A DNA stretch of 64,000 bases from Candidatus Sulfopaludibacter sp. SbA3 (GCA_945903265.1 CAMDNQ010000016.1:6075-70074); one strand, 5' to 3'. Positions 28,202 to 38,161 are shown, counted from the first letter of the stretch. A program made the numbers and translations. The notes: a model not told the origin generated them from the letters alone.

Positions 28202-30514
28202 TCAGAACCGGAGCAGGCGGTTGATTTTGACGATGAAGGCCCGGTTGGCGAGATCCGGGAACCGGCGCCCCAGCGTATCTCGCTCCTCGTTGTACACCAC
28301 GAAGAGCTCGCTCCCGGGCTGATACTCCCAACGCAGGCGCACGTTGGCTGCCATCGCATGAGTGGTCGAGCTGTACTGCACCAGGCCGCTCGCGAACATC
28401 ATCGGCGTCATGGCGTAGGTGAGGCGCGATCCAGGCAGATGCGTCGTGAACGAGCCCTGCGCCAGGTCCACCCAGTTGATCGAGTAGGTGGGTTCGATCG
28501 AAAGCTGCGAGGTCACGTTCACCCGGCCTCGGCTGACGCCAAGCGCCGTCTTGTGACCGTTATAGAACGTGCCGTGCTCAGCCGACAGGTTGCCGAAGAA
28601 CGTCCGGTGCCGGCCGAAGTTCATCGCCACGCCCAGGTTTCCAAAGTTGTATCCCGCGACCGGGAGGGTGACACCGGGCGTGATCCGGAACGGGCGCGGG
28701 AGAAATTCGTACGTGTCGCTGTAGCTGACGCCGAGTCGATCGCTGCTCTGGAACTCGATGGCGAACTCACCGGTCACGTCGCGCGTCTCCAGGCGGCCGG
28801 CGCCGTTCTCGAGGTAGGCCAAGGAGCCCGTCCAGGAGAACTTGCGGACCAATCCGATCGAGCGCGGCCTGGGGCTGAACCGGAACTGCCCGAAACTGCG
28901 GCGCACGTCATCCCGGCGTACGAATCCGATTTCGGGATTGAAATTGTCGCCAATCACGAGGCGCTCCATCTGGATGCCGTAGCGATCGCCCGCGTAATCC
29001 AGCTGCGCACGATAGCTGGTGTCCTTGCCAGACAGCCCCTCGGTGGCGGTCCGCGCCCAGTAGGTGTTGATAGTCAGGTTGTCGTAGAAACCGAACGTCC
29101 CATCCACGCCGTACGCTTCGTTTGTGCCGGCGCCGCTCCGTGCGACGGACCGCCCGGTAAACAAGAGACCGACGCTGCTCCGGCGCAGCAGGTCCCGCTT
29201 CACGCGTATCACCGAAAAATTTGTCGCGCGCGCTCCGGCCACATCGTCCGACTGAATATCGAGGAAGCCGAGCGTGTACCGCCCGATCCGACCCGTCATG
29301 CGGCCGCCAGCCTCGATTGGAACTTCACGGCCCTGATCGAGCCCGATGCGGCGGCTGTAAAACAGAATAGGGGTATCGCCTCCGCCGCCCAACCCGCCGG
29401 CCGCCGCCCCGCCGAAGGCAAACGTCCCCTGATTCTCGAGAAAGAACTCACGCTTTTCCGGGAAGAACACGTTGAAGCGAGTCAGGTTGACCTGTTGTTC
29501 GTCGGCCTCGACCTGCGCAAAGTCGGTGTTGTACGTGAAATCGACGGTGAGGTTCTGCGTTAACCCGTATTTCAGATCGAAGCCGAGGTCTCCTCCCGCG
29601 TCGTTCGAGACCGTCGGTGCGGCCGTCCGATCGGTCGTGAGATCCGAGATCGCGTACGGTTTGAGTTCCAGGTTTTTTGATCCCGATGGCGCCTCCAGGC
29701 CGACGACCGTTGCCGCCAGCGAGCCCTGGAACAGTCCCTGCTGTCCACGCGGGGCCGGGATGCGCGTGATGTACGAGATCTCGTTCTTCCACCGGTTGGT
29801 GCGGAACGCATTGAAGCCCCAGATCTGGGCCCGGCCCGGCCGATACCGCAGCGACTTGAACGGAATGGCAATCTCGGCCGTCCAGCCGTTCTCGAACCGG
29901 CCGGCCTTGACGTCCCAGACCGTGTTCCAGTCGCCGTTCCACTGCCGTTCGTTGGTGACGTGCCCGTCCTGCCGGCCGCCAATCGCGTTGACGGTGAAAT
30001 TGAAGGAATTGCGCCGGTCATAGAAGGTATCGAACATCAAGGACACGATGTCATTGCCGCTCCACATGTTCGTGCCGTCACGGCGCATTTCGTTGGCGAC
30101 CACCCGTTCCGGCTGGCTCTCCCAGCAGCGAACCGACACGTAGACATGGTCGCGATCGAAGGCGAGCCAGATCTCCGTCTTCTCGGTCGCCGGCGCGCCC
30201 TCCCGCGGCTCCTGCTGAATGAAGTCCGAAATCGGCGGCACGCTGGCATAGAAGGGCTCGTCGAGCCGCCCGTCGAGCCGGAGTGGCGTTGTCAGACGCA
30301 CGGCGCGGATCGTGGCGCGGCCCGACTCGTCCCGGGAGATGACCGCCGGCGCGACGGGTGGAGGAGGGCCATCGAAGGCGAACGGAAGCTCGAGCGAGCC
30401 GGTCGCGTCCGCTGGCGGTGTGGGCGATGCCAGGGCCGTGGCGGACTGGCCGGCTCGAGCCATACCGGCACACAGGACGAGTACGAGGGACGTGTTCAGA
30501 AACGTTGACAGCAT
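28202..30514 (-). CDS. DUF5916 / CBM9-like domain outer-membrane protein
   Basis: Signal peptide, N-terminal RLDG.LDE..Y......DF.Q.EP..G (CBM9-like), then about 550 aa of beta-barrel-like sequence ending in ...INRLLRF. Confidence 0.65.
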   Translation of the reverse strand: MLSTFLNTSLVLVLCAGMARAGQSATALASPTPPADATGSLELPFAFDGPPPPVAPAVISRDESGRATIRAVRLTTPLRLDGRLDEPFYASVPPISDFIQQEPREGAPATEKTEIWLAFDRDHVYVSVRCWESQPERVVANEMRRDGTNMWSGNDIVSLMFDTFYDRRNSFNFTVNAIGGRQDGHVTNERQWNGDWNTVWDVKAGRFENGWTAEIAIPFKSLRYRPGRAQIWGFNAFRTNRWKNEISYITRIPAPRGQQGLFQGSLAATVVGLEAPSGSKNLELKPYAISDLTTDRTAAPTVSNDAGGDLGFDLKYGLTQNLTVDFTYNTDFAQVEADEQQVNLTRFNVFFPEKREFFLENQGTFAFGGAAAGGLGGGGDTPILFYSRRIGLDQGREVPIEAGGRMTGRIGRYTLGFLDIQSDDVAGARATNFSVIRVKRDLLRRSSVGLLFTGRSVARSGAGTNEAYGVDGTFGFYDNLTINTYWARTATEGLSGKDTSYRAQLDYAGDRYGIQMERLVIGDNFNPEIGFVRRDDVRRSFGQFRFSPRPRSIGLVRKFSWTGSLAYLENGAGRLETRDVTGEFAIEFQSSDRLGVSYSDTYEFLPRPFRITPGVTLPVAGYNFGNLGVAMNFGRHRTFFGNLSAEHGTFYNGHKTALGVSRGRVNVTSQLSIEPTYSINWVDLAQGSFTTHLPGSRLTYAMTPMMFASGLVQYSSTTHAMAANVRLRWEYQPGSELFVVYNEERDTLGRRFPDLANRAFIVKINRLLRF

Positions 30515-30521
30515 GAGGAGG

Positions 30522-32315
30522 CTACTGAGCCGCGGGCAGATCGAAGTAGAACACCGCGCCGCCGGTCGCGGAGCTGCGGTAGCCGATGTGACCGCCGAGC
30601 GAGTCGATGATCCCGTAACTGACCGAGAGTCCGAGTCCTGTTCCCTGACCGACAGGCTTGGTCGTAAAGAACGGCTGGAACAGACGAGGCTCGTGATCGG
30701 GCGGCACGCCCGGGCCTGTGTCCTCCACCTCGAGGACGACGCGGCCGTCGCGGTCGAGCGTGCGCACGGTAATCCGTCCCGGCCGCCGCCCTGACATCAC
30801 AATCGCCTGCTCCGCGTTGACGACGAAGTTGAGCACGACCTGCTGGAGCTCGGTCATCACGGCGGCCACAGGCCGGACGGACGAGTCATCGATCTGCAGC
30901 TCGATGCCCTCGGACTCAATCCGGCGCTGCCTGAGCTCGGCCACCGATCGAATGACATCCGCCAGGCGCACCGGTTCGGCATCGCCCGTCTGCTGCCGCG
31001 CGAACATGGCCAGGTTGCGGATAATCCCGCAGGCGCGCGCGCTTTCCTTCTGAATCAGCACGAGGTCGGTCTTCACCGCGTCCGGAACGTCCTTCTGCAT
31101 CTGGAGCAGTTCGGCAAATCCGAGAATCGCCTGCAGAGGGTTGTTGATCTCATGCGCGACGCCTGACACCAGCTGGCCGACGGCTGCCAGCCTCTCCTGG
31201 CGGATGATCTGCCGCTGCAACGACTCGACTTCCTGCCGCATGCGCCGCTCCTCGGCCATCTGCGTGTCGAGCGCCAGGCGCGTCTCATTGAAGCGCAGCA
31301 GCATCTGGTCGAACGCCTTCTGCAGCTCCGCGAACTCGCGCGTCGGCATTGGACGCGGTGGGATGGGGCTGAAGTCACCGGCGGCGATCCGCTGGGCGGC
31401 CGATTCGAGATGGGCGACCGATCGTGTCAGCCGGCGCGAGAAGACGAACGCGATGACCATCCACCCTCCGAGGGTCAGGGCCAGCACCGGGAGTGTCCGG
31501 AGCCAGAGCGCCATCGCCTTCTCCGTCGCCACGGACATCGGTATCCCGACGGTCACAAGCCAAGGTCCGCGCTCCACGAGAGCCTGGCCGAACATACGGC
31601 GAACGCCGTCGACGCCGTCGTCCTGCCAGGGAATCTGCTGTTCGTCGCTCAGATCGACGTCGAGGATCCGGCCGACGTAGCGCTCGGGTTCGAGGTTGCG
31701 GGCCAGCACACGGGCGTCGCTATCGAGAAGGGCCACGATCGTGCCTTCAGGCAACAGTCGGTGGTCCAGCGCATCCTGCAGCAGCTGCGGGGCAACGTAG
31801 TACGCGAGCGCGCCGGTGGTCGCCCCCGACGCGTTCTTGACCGGGTACATCATCGCCACGTACGGCTGCGCGGAGCCTTCTGGCTGAATGGTGGAGACCA
31901 CCCGTGCGTCGGCCTGCGTAACGCGCGCGACGATGTCCTGCCCCGAGTGGGCGATCGGCTTTTCGATCTCTCCACGGGCCACGAGACGGCCCTCGAGATC
32001 CACGAGTGTGAGATCGAGCACTGACGGCCGCTGCAGCCGCTGTGGCCGCAGCAGCGCGACCGCGGCCGGTTCGACATTCTGGACGGCGGGATGGCTGGTG
32101 AGGTTCATCGCCATGCGATCGAGGCCGGTCAGCTCCCGTTCGATCGCCGCCGCACTGCGGACGGCCGCCGCCTGCGTCAGCTCGGCGAGTTCGTCGGACG
32201 TCTGCCTGAACTCGTCGACCGCAAGCCAGGCAGCCGCCAGGATCGTCGGCGCGACAAGCAGCGCGATGACCAGGACGAGTTGTCGCCGAAGTGGCTGTGC
32301 CCGGGCGGTACTCAT
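30522..32315 (-). CDS. sensor histidine kinase (periplasmic sensor, HAMP, HisKA, HATPase_c)
   Basis: H-box VAHEINNPL, N-box and G-boxes (DTGPGV, GTGLGL), and two TM segments flanking a roughly 250-aa sensor domain. Confidence 0.85.
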   Translation of the reverse strand: MSTARAQPLRRQLVLVIALLVAPTILAAAWLAVDEFRQTSDELAELTQAAAVRSAAAIERELTGLDRMAMNLTSHPAVQNVEPAAVALLRPQRLQRPSVLDLTLVDLEGRLVARGEIEKPIAHSGQDIVARVTQADARVVSTIQPEGSAQPYVAMMYPVKNASGATTGALAYYVAPQLLQDALDHRLLPEGTIVALLDSDARVLARNLEPERYVGRILDVDLSDEQQIPWQDDGVDGVRRMFGQALVERGPWLVTVGIPMSVATEKAMALWLRTLPVLALTLGGWMVIAFVFSRRLTRSVAHLESAAQRIAAGDFSPIPPRPMPTREFAELQKAFDQMLLRFNETRLALDTQMAEERRMRQEVESLQRQIIRQERLAAVGQLVSGVAHEINNPLQAILGFAELLQMQKDVPDAVKTDLVLIQKESARACGIIRNLAMFARQQTGDAEPVRLADVIRSVAELRQRRIESEGIELQIDDSSVRPVAAVMTELQQVVLNFVVNAEQAIVMSGRRPGRITVRTLDRDGRVVLEVEDTGPGVPPDHEPRLFQPFFTTKPVGQGTGLGLSVSYGIIDSLGGHIGYRSSATGGAVFYFDLPAAQ

Positions 32316-32342
32316 GCAGAAGGGAGTGGAATCCTAGCAGGC

Positions 32343-33017
32343 TTATCGGCTCGCCACCGGGTCGGGAATACCGGCCTGCGCGAACCCGGCCGCGCGCAGC
32401 ACGCAGCTGTCGCAGCGCCCGCACGGCCTCCCTCCCGTGCCCGGGTCGTAGCAGCTGTGGGTCAGTCCATAGTCCAGGCCCAGCGCCTGGCCTTTCCGGA
32501 TGATGTCGGCCTTGGTGAGGGTCTGCAGAGGCGCATGGATACGGACGCGCGCGCCCCCCACGCCTGTCGCCGTCGCCAGCGTCGCGAGGTCCTCGAATGC
32601 CGCGATGAACTCGGGCCGGCAGTCCGGATATCCGGAGTAATCGAGCGCGTTGACACCAATCACGATGGCCTCGGCCGACAGCGTCTCCGCCCACGCGAGT
32701 GCGAGTGCCAGCAGCACGGTGTTGCGGGCCGGGACGTAGGTCGACGGAATGTCGCCGCGGTCGAGCGGCCGGTCCTTGGGCACGGGTGCGCTGCTGGTGA
32801 GCGACGACCCGCCGAACGCGGCCAGATTGACGTCGAGCTCGATGTGCCGCGCCACGCCAAGCGCCTTCGCGACGGCGCGGGCCGCCTCGAGCTCCTGGGC
32901 GTGCCGCTGACCGTAATGGACCGTGAGCGCGAACAGCCGGAACCCGTCCGCCTGCACAAGGGCCGCGGCCGTGTAGGAATCGAGTCCGCCGCTGAGCAGA
33001 GCCACTGCGTCGCGCAT
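32343..33017 (-). CDS. queC: 7-cyano-7-deazaguanine synthase
   Basis: [10 protein letters not shown]-loop and a C-terminal Cys cluster C..C..C. Start at MRDAVALL, 5 nt inside the queE end. Confidence 0.9.
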   Translation of the reverse strand: MRDAVALLSGGLDSYTAAALVQADGFRLFALTVHYGQRHAQELEAARAVAKALGVARHIELDVNLAAFGGSSLTSSAPVPKDRPLDRGDIPSTYVPARNTVLLALALAWAETLSAEAIVIGVNALDYSGYPDCRPEFIAAFEDLATLATATGVGGARVRIHAPLQTLTKADIIRKGQALGLDYGLTHSCYDPGTGGRPCGRCDSCVLRAAGFAQAGIPDPVASR

Positions 33018-33022
33018 GGTGC

Positions 33023-33664
33023 CTACACGCCCCGCGTGCCCGGATCCCAGATGTACTTGTGGAGTTGCGGCTGAAGGGAGACCGGCAGCCGGTCCGCCAG
33101 AATCCACTCGGAGAGCGTGCGAAGGTCGAGCACGCCGTGCACCGGCGAGACGTGGATCGCCGCCGCGCGGTCGGCCAGCCGATGCGTGCAGATGACGTCG
33201 CGCGCGAACTCATAGTCGGCGCGATCCTGTACGACGAACTTCACCTCGTCATGCGGGCGCAGCCGGTCGAGATTCGTCCAGTCCGTGCGATGTGATTCGC
33301 CGCTCGCCGGACACTTGACGTCCAGGACGATGGTGACCGCCTGAGGGACGCGCTCGATGCTGCGGTGGCCGCCGGTCTCCAGCAGGACGGTCCGGCCACG
33401 GTCGAGGAGCGCCTGCATCAGCGGGTAGACGTCATCCTGGAGCAGCGGCTCGCCGCCCGTCACTTCGACAAGGGGACAGTTCACGCCGTCGACCTCGGCC
33501 AGCACGTCGTCCAGCGACTGCTTGCGGCCTTCATGAAAGGCATACGGCGTATCGCACCACGAGCAGCGGAGATCGCACGCCGTGAGCCGGACGAAGACAC
33601 AGGGGCGGCCCGCGTAGCTCGATTCGCCCTGAATCGAATAGAAGACTTCGTTAATCGTCAGCAA
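33023..33664 (-). CDS. queE: 7-carboxy-7-deazaguanine synthase (radical SAM)
   Basis: [10 protein letters not shown] radical-SAM cluster motif and [10 protein letters not shown]-terminus. Confidence 0.9.
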   Translation of the reverse strand: MLTINEVFYSIQGESSYAGRPCVFVRLTACDLRCSWCDTPYAFHEGRKQSLDDVLAEVDGVNCPLVEVTGGEPLLQDDVYPLMQALLDRGRTVLLETGGHRSIERVPQAVTIVLDVKCPASGESHRTDWTNLDRLRPHDEVKFVVQDRADYEFARDVICTHRLADRAAAIHVSPVHGVLDLRTLSEWILADRLPVSLQPQLHKYIWDPGTRGV

Positions 33665-33690
33665 TCTCTTTATTATCGTTCCTGCCGTTT

Positions 33691-34677
33691 ATGGCCGTAC
33701 ATATCGGGACGTCAGGCTGGAATTACCCGTCGGGACGGGGGACGTGGAACGGACTCTTCTATCCGAAGACCCGCTCGAAGAAGGCCGGCACCCACACCTT
33801 CGACGAGCTGCGCTTCTACGCCGAGCATTTCGACACCGTCGAGGTCAACACCACCTTCTACGGGCAGCCGAGGCCTGAGGTCACCGCGGATTGGGCCGCG
33901 CGGACGCCTGCGGCATTCGCCTTTTCGCTGAAGCTCTATCAGAAGTTCACCCACCCGAAGATGTTCAGGGAGGCCGCGCTCAGGACGGCACCCGGATCCG
34001 AGGGGACGCTGCTCGACCTCCTGGCAACGGTCACCCAGAGCGACATCGACGACTTCCGTTCCGGCATCGAGCCGATCGCCAGGTCTGGAAAACTCGGGGC
34101 GCTGCTCGCCCAGTTCCCACCCAGCTTCAAGTCAACGGACGCGTCGCGCGACTATCTCGCCCAGTTGTTGCGGGCGTTCGCCGACTACCCCGTCGCCGTC
34201 GAACTGCGTCACCGAAGTTGGAGCGACGCCTTCGGCGAGACGCTCCAGCTGCTGAACCGCTTCCAGGCGGCGTGGGCGCAGATCGATGAACCGAAGTTCA
34301 CGTTCTCGATCCGGCAGAACGCGCTGCCCAATGTCACCGGCTTCTACTACATGCGCCTGCACGGCCGGAACGCTGCCCAGTGGTGGCGCCACGACAAGAG
34401 CGAAGATCGATACAACTACCTCTACTCCGCCGATGAACTCAGGGAATTCTCCGACACGGCATCGGCCGCGAAAACGCTCGTGAAGAAGGCGTACCTGTAC
34501 ACGAACAATCACTTCTCGGCGAAGTCAGTCGTGAACGCGGTGATGCTGAAGGCGCAGCTCGGTGAGCCGATTGACGGTGAGTACCCGCCGGAACTCGTGG
34601 AGCACTACCCGGAGATCAAGGATCTCGTCAGCTCCACACGGAAGCCCGTTACGGTTTCACGGTTATTCTCCGGATGA
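33691..34677 (+). CDS. DUF72 domain-containing protein
   Basis: IGTSGW.Y and YAEHFDTVEVNTTFY hallmark motifs. Confidence 0.85.
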   Translation: MAVHIGTSGWNYPSGRGTWNGLFYPKTRSKKAGTHTFDELRFYAEHFDTVEVNTTFYGQPRPEVTADWAARTPAAFAFSLKLYQKFTHPKMFREAALRTAPGSEGTLLDLLATVTQSDIDDFRSGIEPIARSGKLGALLAQFPPSFKSTDASRDYLAQLLRAFADYPVAVELRHRSWSDAFGETLQLLNRFQAAWAQIDEPKFTFSIRQNALPNVTGFYYMRLHGRNAAQWWRHDKSEDRYNYLYSADELREFSDTASAAKTLVKKAYLYTNNHFSAKSVVNAVMLKAQLGEPIDGEYPPELVEHYPEIKDLVSSTRKPVTVSRLFSG

Positions 34678-35203
34678 CGTCATTGATCGCGAGCTTCTGC
34701 GCGACGTCCATTCCGGAAATGACCTGACCGAACACCGTGAACTTGCCGTCGAGGCTCGGCTGCGGAGTCAGCGTGATGTACATCTGACTGTCGCCGGTGC
34801 GCGGATCGTTGAGATTGGCGAGCGCGACCGCGCCGAGACGATGCCGCCTCTTCGGGTTGACTTCCGACACGCCGACCGGCCGTCCGCTTCCATACGATCC
34901 CCAGCGATCGCGCTTGGTCATGTCCCGGGTCTGCGGGTCGCCGAACTGCACGACGAACCCCTTCACGACACGATGGACGCGGTGGCCGTTGTAGAAGTTC
35001 CGCTTCACGAGGGCGAGGATGTGCTCGACCGTTTTCGGCGCTTCGACCGGGTAGGTTTCGATCTCGATCATGCCCTTCGCGGTCTCGACGAGCAGCACCG
35101 GCCCGGCGCCGGCCGATTTCTGTCCGCCGGCCTGGGCCGCGAGATCGCCGGCCAGCGGCGCGATCACGATGAGCGCCAGCAACGCTGTGAGCATCCGAGT
35201 CAT
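34649..35203 (-). CDS. cyclophilin-type peptidyl-prolyl cis-trans isomerase, secreted
   Basis: FHRVVKGFVVQFGDP and ...FGQVISGMDV motifs plus a signal peptide. ATGA overlap with the nth stop. Confidence 0.88.
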   Translation of the reverse strand: MTRMLTALLALIVIAPLAGDLAAQAGGQKSAGAGPVLLVETAKGMIEIETYPVEAPKTVEHILALVKRNFYNGHRVHRVVKGFVVQFGDPQTRDMTKRDRWGSYGSGRPVGVSEVNPKRRHRLGAVALANLNDPRTGDSQMYITLTPQPSLDGKFTVFGQVISGMDVAQKLAINDVIRRITVKP

Positions 35204-35871
35204 CTCGTCCTCCGTTGAACACCCATTCTTGGACATTCATCATGGATCGCGCAATCGCCGCAGCGCGGTGACAGCGGCCGGCAGACGTTCTGCCCCCACG
35301 TCACGAGGTAGAGGTTGATGTACGGCCACCACCGCTTATCCGTGGCCCGATACAACGCCCCCTCCGTCTCGTCTGGTGTCAGCGTCTTCACCCACCCGAG
35401 GCGGTTCGAAATGCGGTGGACGTGGGTATCCACGCAGATGTTCTGGACACTCTTGAAGCCGAGGATCAGCACCAGGTTCGCCGTCTTGCGCCCCACACCC
35501 GGCAGCATGAGCAACTCGTCCATCGTCGACGGCACTTTCCCGGCGAACCTGGTGACGAGCATCTCGCAGCACGCTTTCACGTGCCGCGCCTTGTTCCTGT
35601 AGAAGCTCACCGGGTAGATCAGCTTCTCGATCTCCTTCACCGGCAGCTTCGCCATCGACTGCGGCGTTCGCGCGCGACGGAACAGGCGTGTCGATGCAGC
35701 GTGGGTCGTCGCATCCTGCGTCCGTGCAGACAGGATCGTGGCAATCAGGATCTGAAAAGGATCCTCGGCGTGTTCGTCAGAAATTTTTTCGACCGCCGGA
35801 AGCTCGAGGCCGGTAATGGCCCTGGCAAGGCCGCGCATGACGCGCTCGACCGTGCGTGGACGCGGCTTCAT
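35200..35871 (-). CDS. nth: endonuclease III
   Basis: HhH-GPD region (LPGVGRKTANLVL), DTHV.R...RLG, and a C-terminal 4Fe-4S loop C......C..C.....C. Confidence 0.92.
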   Translation of the reverse strand: MKPRPRTVERVMRGLARAITGLELPAVEKISDEHAEDPFQILIATILSARTQDATTHAASTRLFRRARTPQSMAKLPVKEIEKLIYPVSFYRNKARHVKACCEMLVTRFAGKVPSTMDELLMLPGVGRKTANLVLILGFKSVQNICVDTHVHRISNRLGWVKTLTPDETEGALYRATDKRWWPYINLYLVTWGQNVCRPLSPRCGDCAIHDECPRMGVQRRTR

Positions 35872-35874
35872 CCG

Positions 35875-36822
35875 CTACGGCACTGGCGTCAGGGGCGGCT
35901 GTCCCGTCACGACGGCTATGGCGTTGCGGGCCGCCAAGTCCGCCATGGCTGTCCGCGTCTCCATCGTCGCGCTGCCCAGATGCGGCGCCAGCACGACGTT
36001 CTCCATCGTCATCAACTCGGCGTTGATCTCGGGCTCCCGCTCGTACACGTCCAGCGCCGCGCCGGCAATGAGATGGTTCTTGAGGGCCCACGCGAGCGCC
36101 GCTTCGTCGACCACCGGCCCGCGCGTCGTGTTGATCAGAAAAGCCGTTCGCTTCATTCGGGCCAGCTCCGGCTGTCCGATGAGGTGCTTTGTCTCCGGGG
36201 TGAGCGGCACGTGCAGCGAGACGACATCGGACGTCGACAGGAGCCGATCCAGCGGCATGCCGCCCGACCGTGTCGTGTGCACGACCGTCATCCCGAATGC
36301 CTCCGCGCGCGTGCCAACCGCGCGGCCGATGCGGCCGGGGCCGACGATGCCCAGCTGTCGCCCGCCAAGCTGCATCCCGAGCAGTTGATCCAGCGCCCAG
36401 CCTTTCCAGGCGCCCCGCCGGACCATGCGCTCCCCTTCGCCGAGGCGCCGCGTGACCGCGAGGATCAGCGCCATCGTGAAGTCGGCCGTGGCGTCGGTCA
36501 GGACATCAGGGGTATTGGTCACGATGATCCCGCGGGCGCGCGCCGCCGCGACGTCGATGTTGTTGTAGCCGACGCCCACATTCGCAATGACCCGAAGATC
36601 CGTCGCGGCGTCAATTACGGCGCGATCGATGGCTTCCGTGACGGTCGACACGAGCGCCTGCTTGCCGGCAATGCGCGCGACAAGCTCGTCGTGGGGCATC
36701 GCACCTTCGCCGTCGAAGCGGTCGACATCGCACGCCGCGTCGAGCCTCGTCATCACGGACGAAGGGAGCTTGCGCGTCAGCAGGAGGGAGGGTTTAGTGT
36801 CCGTACGACTTGCAGTAGCCAC
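35875..36822 (-). CDS. D-isomer-specific 2-hydroxyacid dehydrogenase (glyoxylate/hydroxypyruvate reductase-like)
   Basis: GIVGPGRIGRAV NAD motif and a catalytic R/E/H arrangement (..NT.RG..VDE.AL, ..PH.GSAT). The GTG start lies 29 nt inside the upstream small gene. Confidence 0.85.
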   Translation of the reverse strand: MATASRTDTKPSLLLTRKLPSSVMTRLDAACDVDRFDGEGAMPHDELVARIAGKQALVSTVTEAIDRAVIDAATDLRVIANVGVGYNNIDVAAARARGIIVTNTPDVLTDATADFTMALILAVTRRLGEGERMVRRGAWKGWALDQLLGMQLGGRQLGIVGPGRIGRAVGTRAEAFGMTVVHTTRSGGMPLDRLLSTSDVVSLHVPLTPETKHLIGQPELARMKRTAFLINTTRGPVVDEAALAWALKNHLIAGAALDVYEREPEINAELMTMENVVLAPHLGSATMETRTAMADLAARNAIAVVTGQPPLTPVP

Positions 36823-37018
36823 AGTGATTGCACATGACGGCCGGCTCGATCACGCAGGGACCGTCCTCCGCCGCGCCGTCGGTCAGCGTGGAGAACATGC
36901 CGTGGCTGGCGTGCAGGCGCAGTGACGCCACCGGCGGGTGGACGTGGGCGCGTGTCGAAGGGCCCATCTGCCTGGCGATGGCGTCGCGCACGATCGCCCG
37001 CAGCTGATCGTCGTTCAT
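36794..37018 (-). CDS. 74-aa Cys-rich protein with an amphipathic N-terminal helix (BMC-associated)
   Basis: Sequence is MNDDQLRAIVRDAIARQM...CVIEPAVMCNHCGYCKSYGH. ATGA overlap with the BMC-P stop, and its 3' end overlaps the dehydrogenase start. Confidence 0.6.
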   Translation of the reverse strand: MNDDQLRAIVRDAIARQMGPSTRAHVHPPVASLRLHASHGMFSTLTDGAAEDGPCVIEPAVMCNHCGYCKSYGH

Positions 37019-37287
37019 TCGCTGATGTCCACGGTGTCGATGATGCCCACGACAGCCGCATCCACCGGCGCAAACTTCCGGCCCAGTGCCTCGCCCGCCG
37101 CGCGGCCTTCCATGACGACCAGCACCTTTTCATCGACACCCGCGCCGAGCGCGTCGACGGCGAGGAGCGCCGGTCCGCGCGGCTTGTCGTCCATCGTGAG
37201 CGGCTGCACCAGGAGCAGTTTGGCGCCCTCGAACTTTCTGTGCTTCTGGGTGGCGACGACCGTGCCGATCACGCGGGCGATCTGCAT
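37015..37287 (-). CDS. BMC-P pentameric vertex protein (EutN/CcmL family), copy 1
   Basis: MQIARVIGTVVATQK...LVAVDALGAG..E.VLV..G, the PF03319-type pattern. Confidence 0.9.
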   Translation of the reverse strand: MQIARVIGTVVATQKHRKFEGAKLLLVQPLTMDDKPRGPALLAVDALGAGVDEKVLVVMEGRAAGEALGRKFAPVDAAVVGIIDTVDISE

Positions 37288-37553
37288 CAACCGAGATCCC
37301 AGCGATCGACGATACCGACGATGCCGGCGTCCGTCGGGACCTCTGTCGGGTAGAACGGAAAGCTGGCTTCCTTGCCTCGCACGAAAAACACGGTCTCGCC
37401 GATCCCCGCGCCGGCCGAATCGACGGCCACGAGTGTGCGTCCCGCCGGCGATCCGTCCGCCGTGATCGGCTGCAGGACGAGCAGCTTCATGCCATGGAGA
37501 TTCTCATCCTTGCGCGTGGCAATGACGTCGCCGATGACTCTGGCGAGCTGCAT
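37287..37553 (-). CDS. BMC-P pentameric vertex protein (EutN/CcmL family), copy 2
   Basis: MQLARVIGDVIATRKDENLHGMKLLVLQP...VAVDSAGAG.GE.V. The internal ATG at 37553 lies 1 nt after the copy-3 stop. Confidence 0.88.
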   Translation of the reverse strand: MQLARVIGDVIATRKDENLHGMKLLVLQPITADGSPAGRTLVAVDSAGAGIGETVFFVRGKEASFPFYPTEVPTDAGIVGIVDRWDLG

Positions 37554-37554
37554 G

Positions 37555-37830
37555 TCAGTTGCCGCCGGGCACGTCGATCGTGTCGATGATGCCGACGATC
37601 GCGGCATCCACGGGACAGTCCTTGAGGCCGGCCGCCATACGCGCCGAGCTGCCGCTGACGATGAGCACCGTCTCGCCGACGCCGGCGTCGACGGTGTCAA
37701 TGGCGACGAGATAGTTGCCTTCGCTTTTGCCGTGGGGGTCGATCGGACGGGCCACCATCAGCTTGCTGCTGAGGAGCCGTGGATCCTTGCGGGTAGCGAC
37801 AACGGTCCCGACGATACGGGCCAGGATCAT
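37555..37830 (-). CDS. BMC-P pentameric vertex protein (EutN/CcmL family), copy 3
   Basis: MILARIVGTVVATRKDPRL...VAIDTVDAGVGETVLIV. Confidence 0.9.
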   Translation of the reverse strand: MILARIVGTVVATRKDPRLLSSKLMVARPIDPHGKSEGNYLVAIDTVDAGVGETVLIVSGSSARMAAGLKDCPVDAAIVGIIDTIDVPGGN

Positions 37831-37848
37831 CGGGGACCGTAACCTCCG

Positions 37849-38148
37849 TTAGGCCTTGGCCGCGCCGGACGAGGCCTTGCCGATGGGGAGCGCGTCTTCG
37901 AGGTTCGCGTGCGGCCGCGGGATGACGTGCACCGACACGAGCTCACCGACCCGGCGGGCAGCGGCAGCGCCGGCATCAGTGGCGGCCTTGACGGCCGCGA
38001 CGTCGCCGCGGACGATCGCGGTGACGTACCCGGCGCCAATCTTTTCCCAGCCGATCAGCGTGACCTTCGCGGCTTTGACCATGGCATCGGCCGCCTCAAT
38101 CATGGCGACCAGCCCTTTGGTCTCGATCATTCCCAGCGCCTCTCCCAT
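37849..38148 (-). CDS. BMC-H hexameric shell protein (PduA/EutM-like, PF00936)
   Basis: [28 protein letters not shown]......[21 protein letters not shown], the canonical BMC domain. Confidence 0.93.
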   Translation of the reverse strand: MGEALGMIETKGLVAMIEAADAMVKAAKVTLIGWEKIGAGYVTAIVRGDVAAVKAATDAGAAAARRVGELVSVHVIPRPHANLEDALPIGKASSGAAKA

Positions 38149-38161
38149 TCGGTCCTCGCTT

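Noticed and set aside
28187-29563. 458-aa ORF on the plus strand
   Set aside because: Antisense to the DUF5916 beta-barrel gene, with no motifs.
31747-33213. 488-aa ORF on the minus strand spanning the histidine kinase and queC
   Set aside because: It is out of frame with two genes that carry diagnostic motifs (H-box, PP-loop). Arg-rich shadow frame.
33665-33690. preQ1 riboswitch upstream of queE-queC
   Set aside because: Only 26 nt separate queE from the divergent DUF72 gene, and the sequence lacks an obvious preQ1 hairpin/A-rich tail arrangement.
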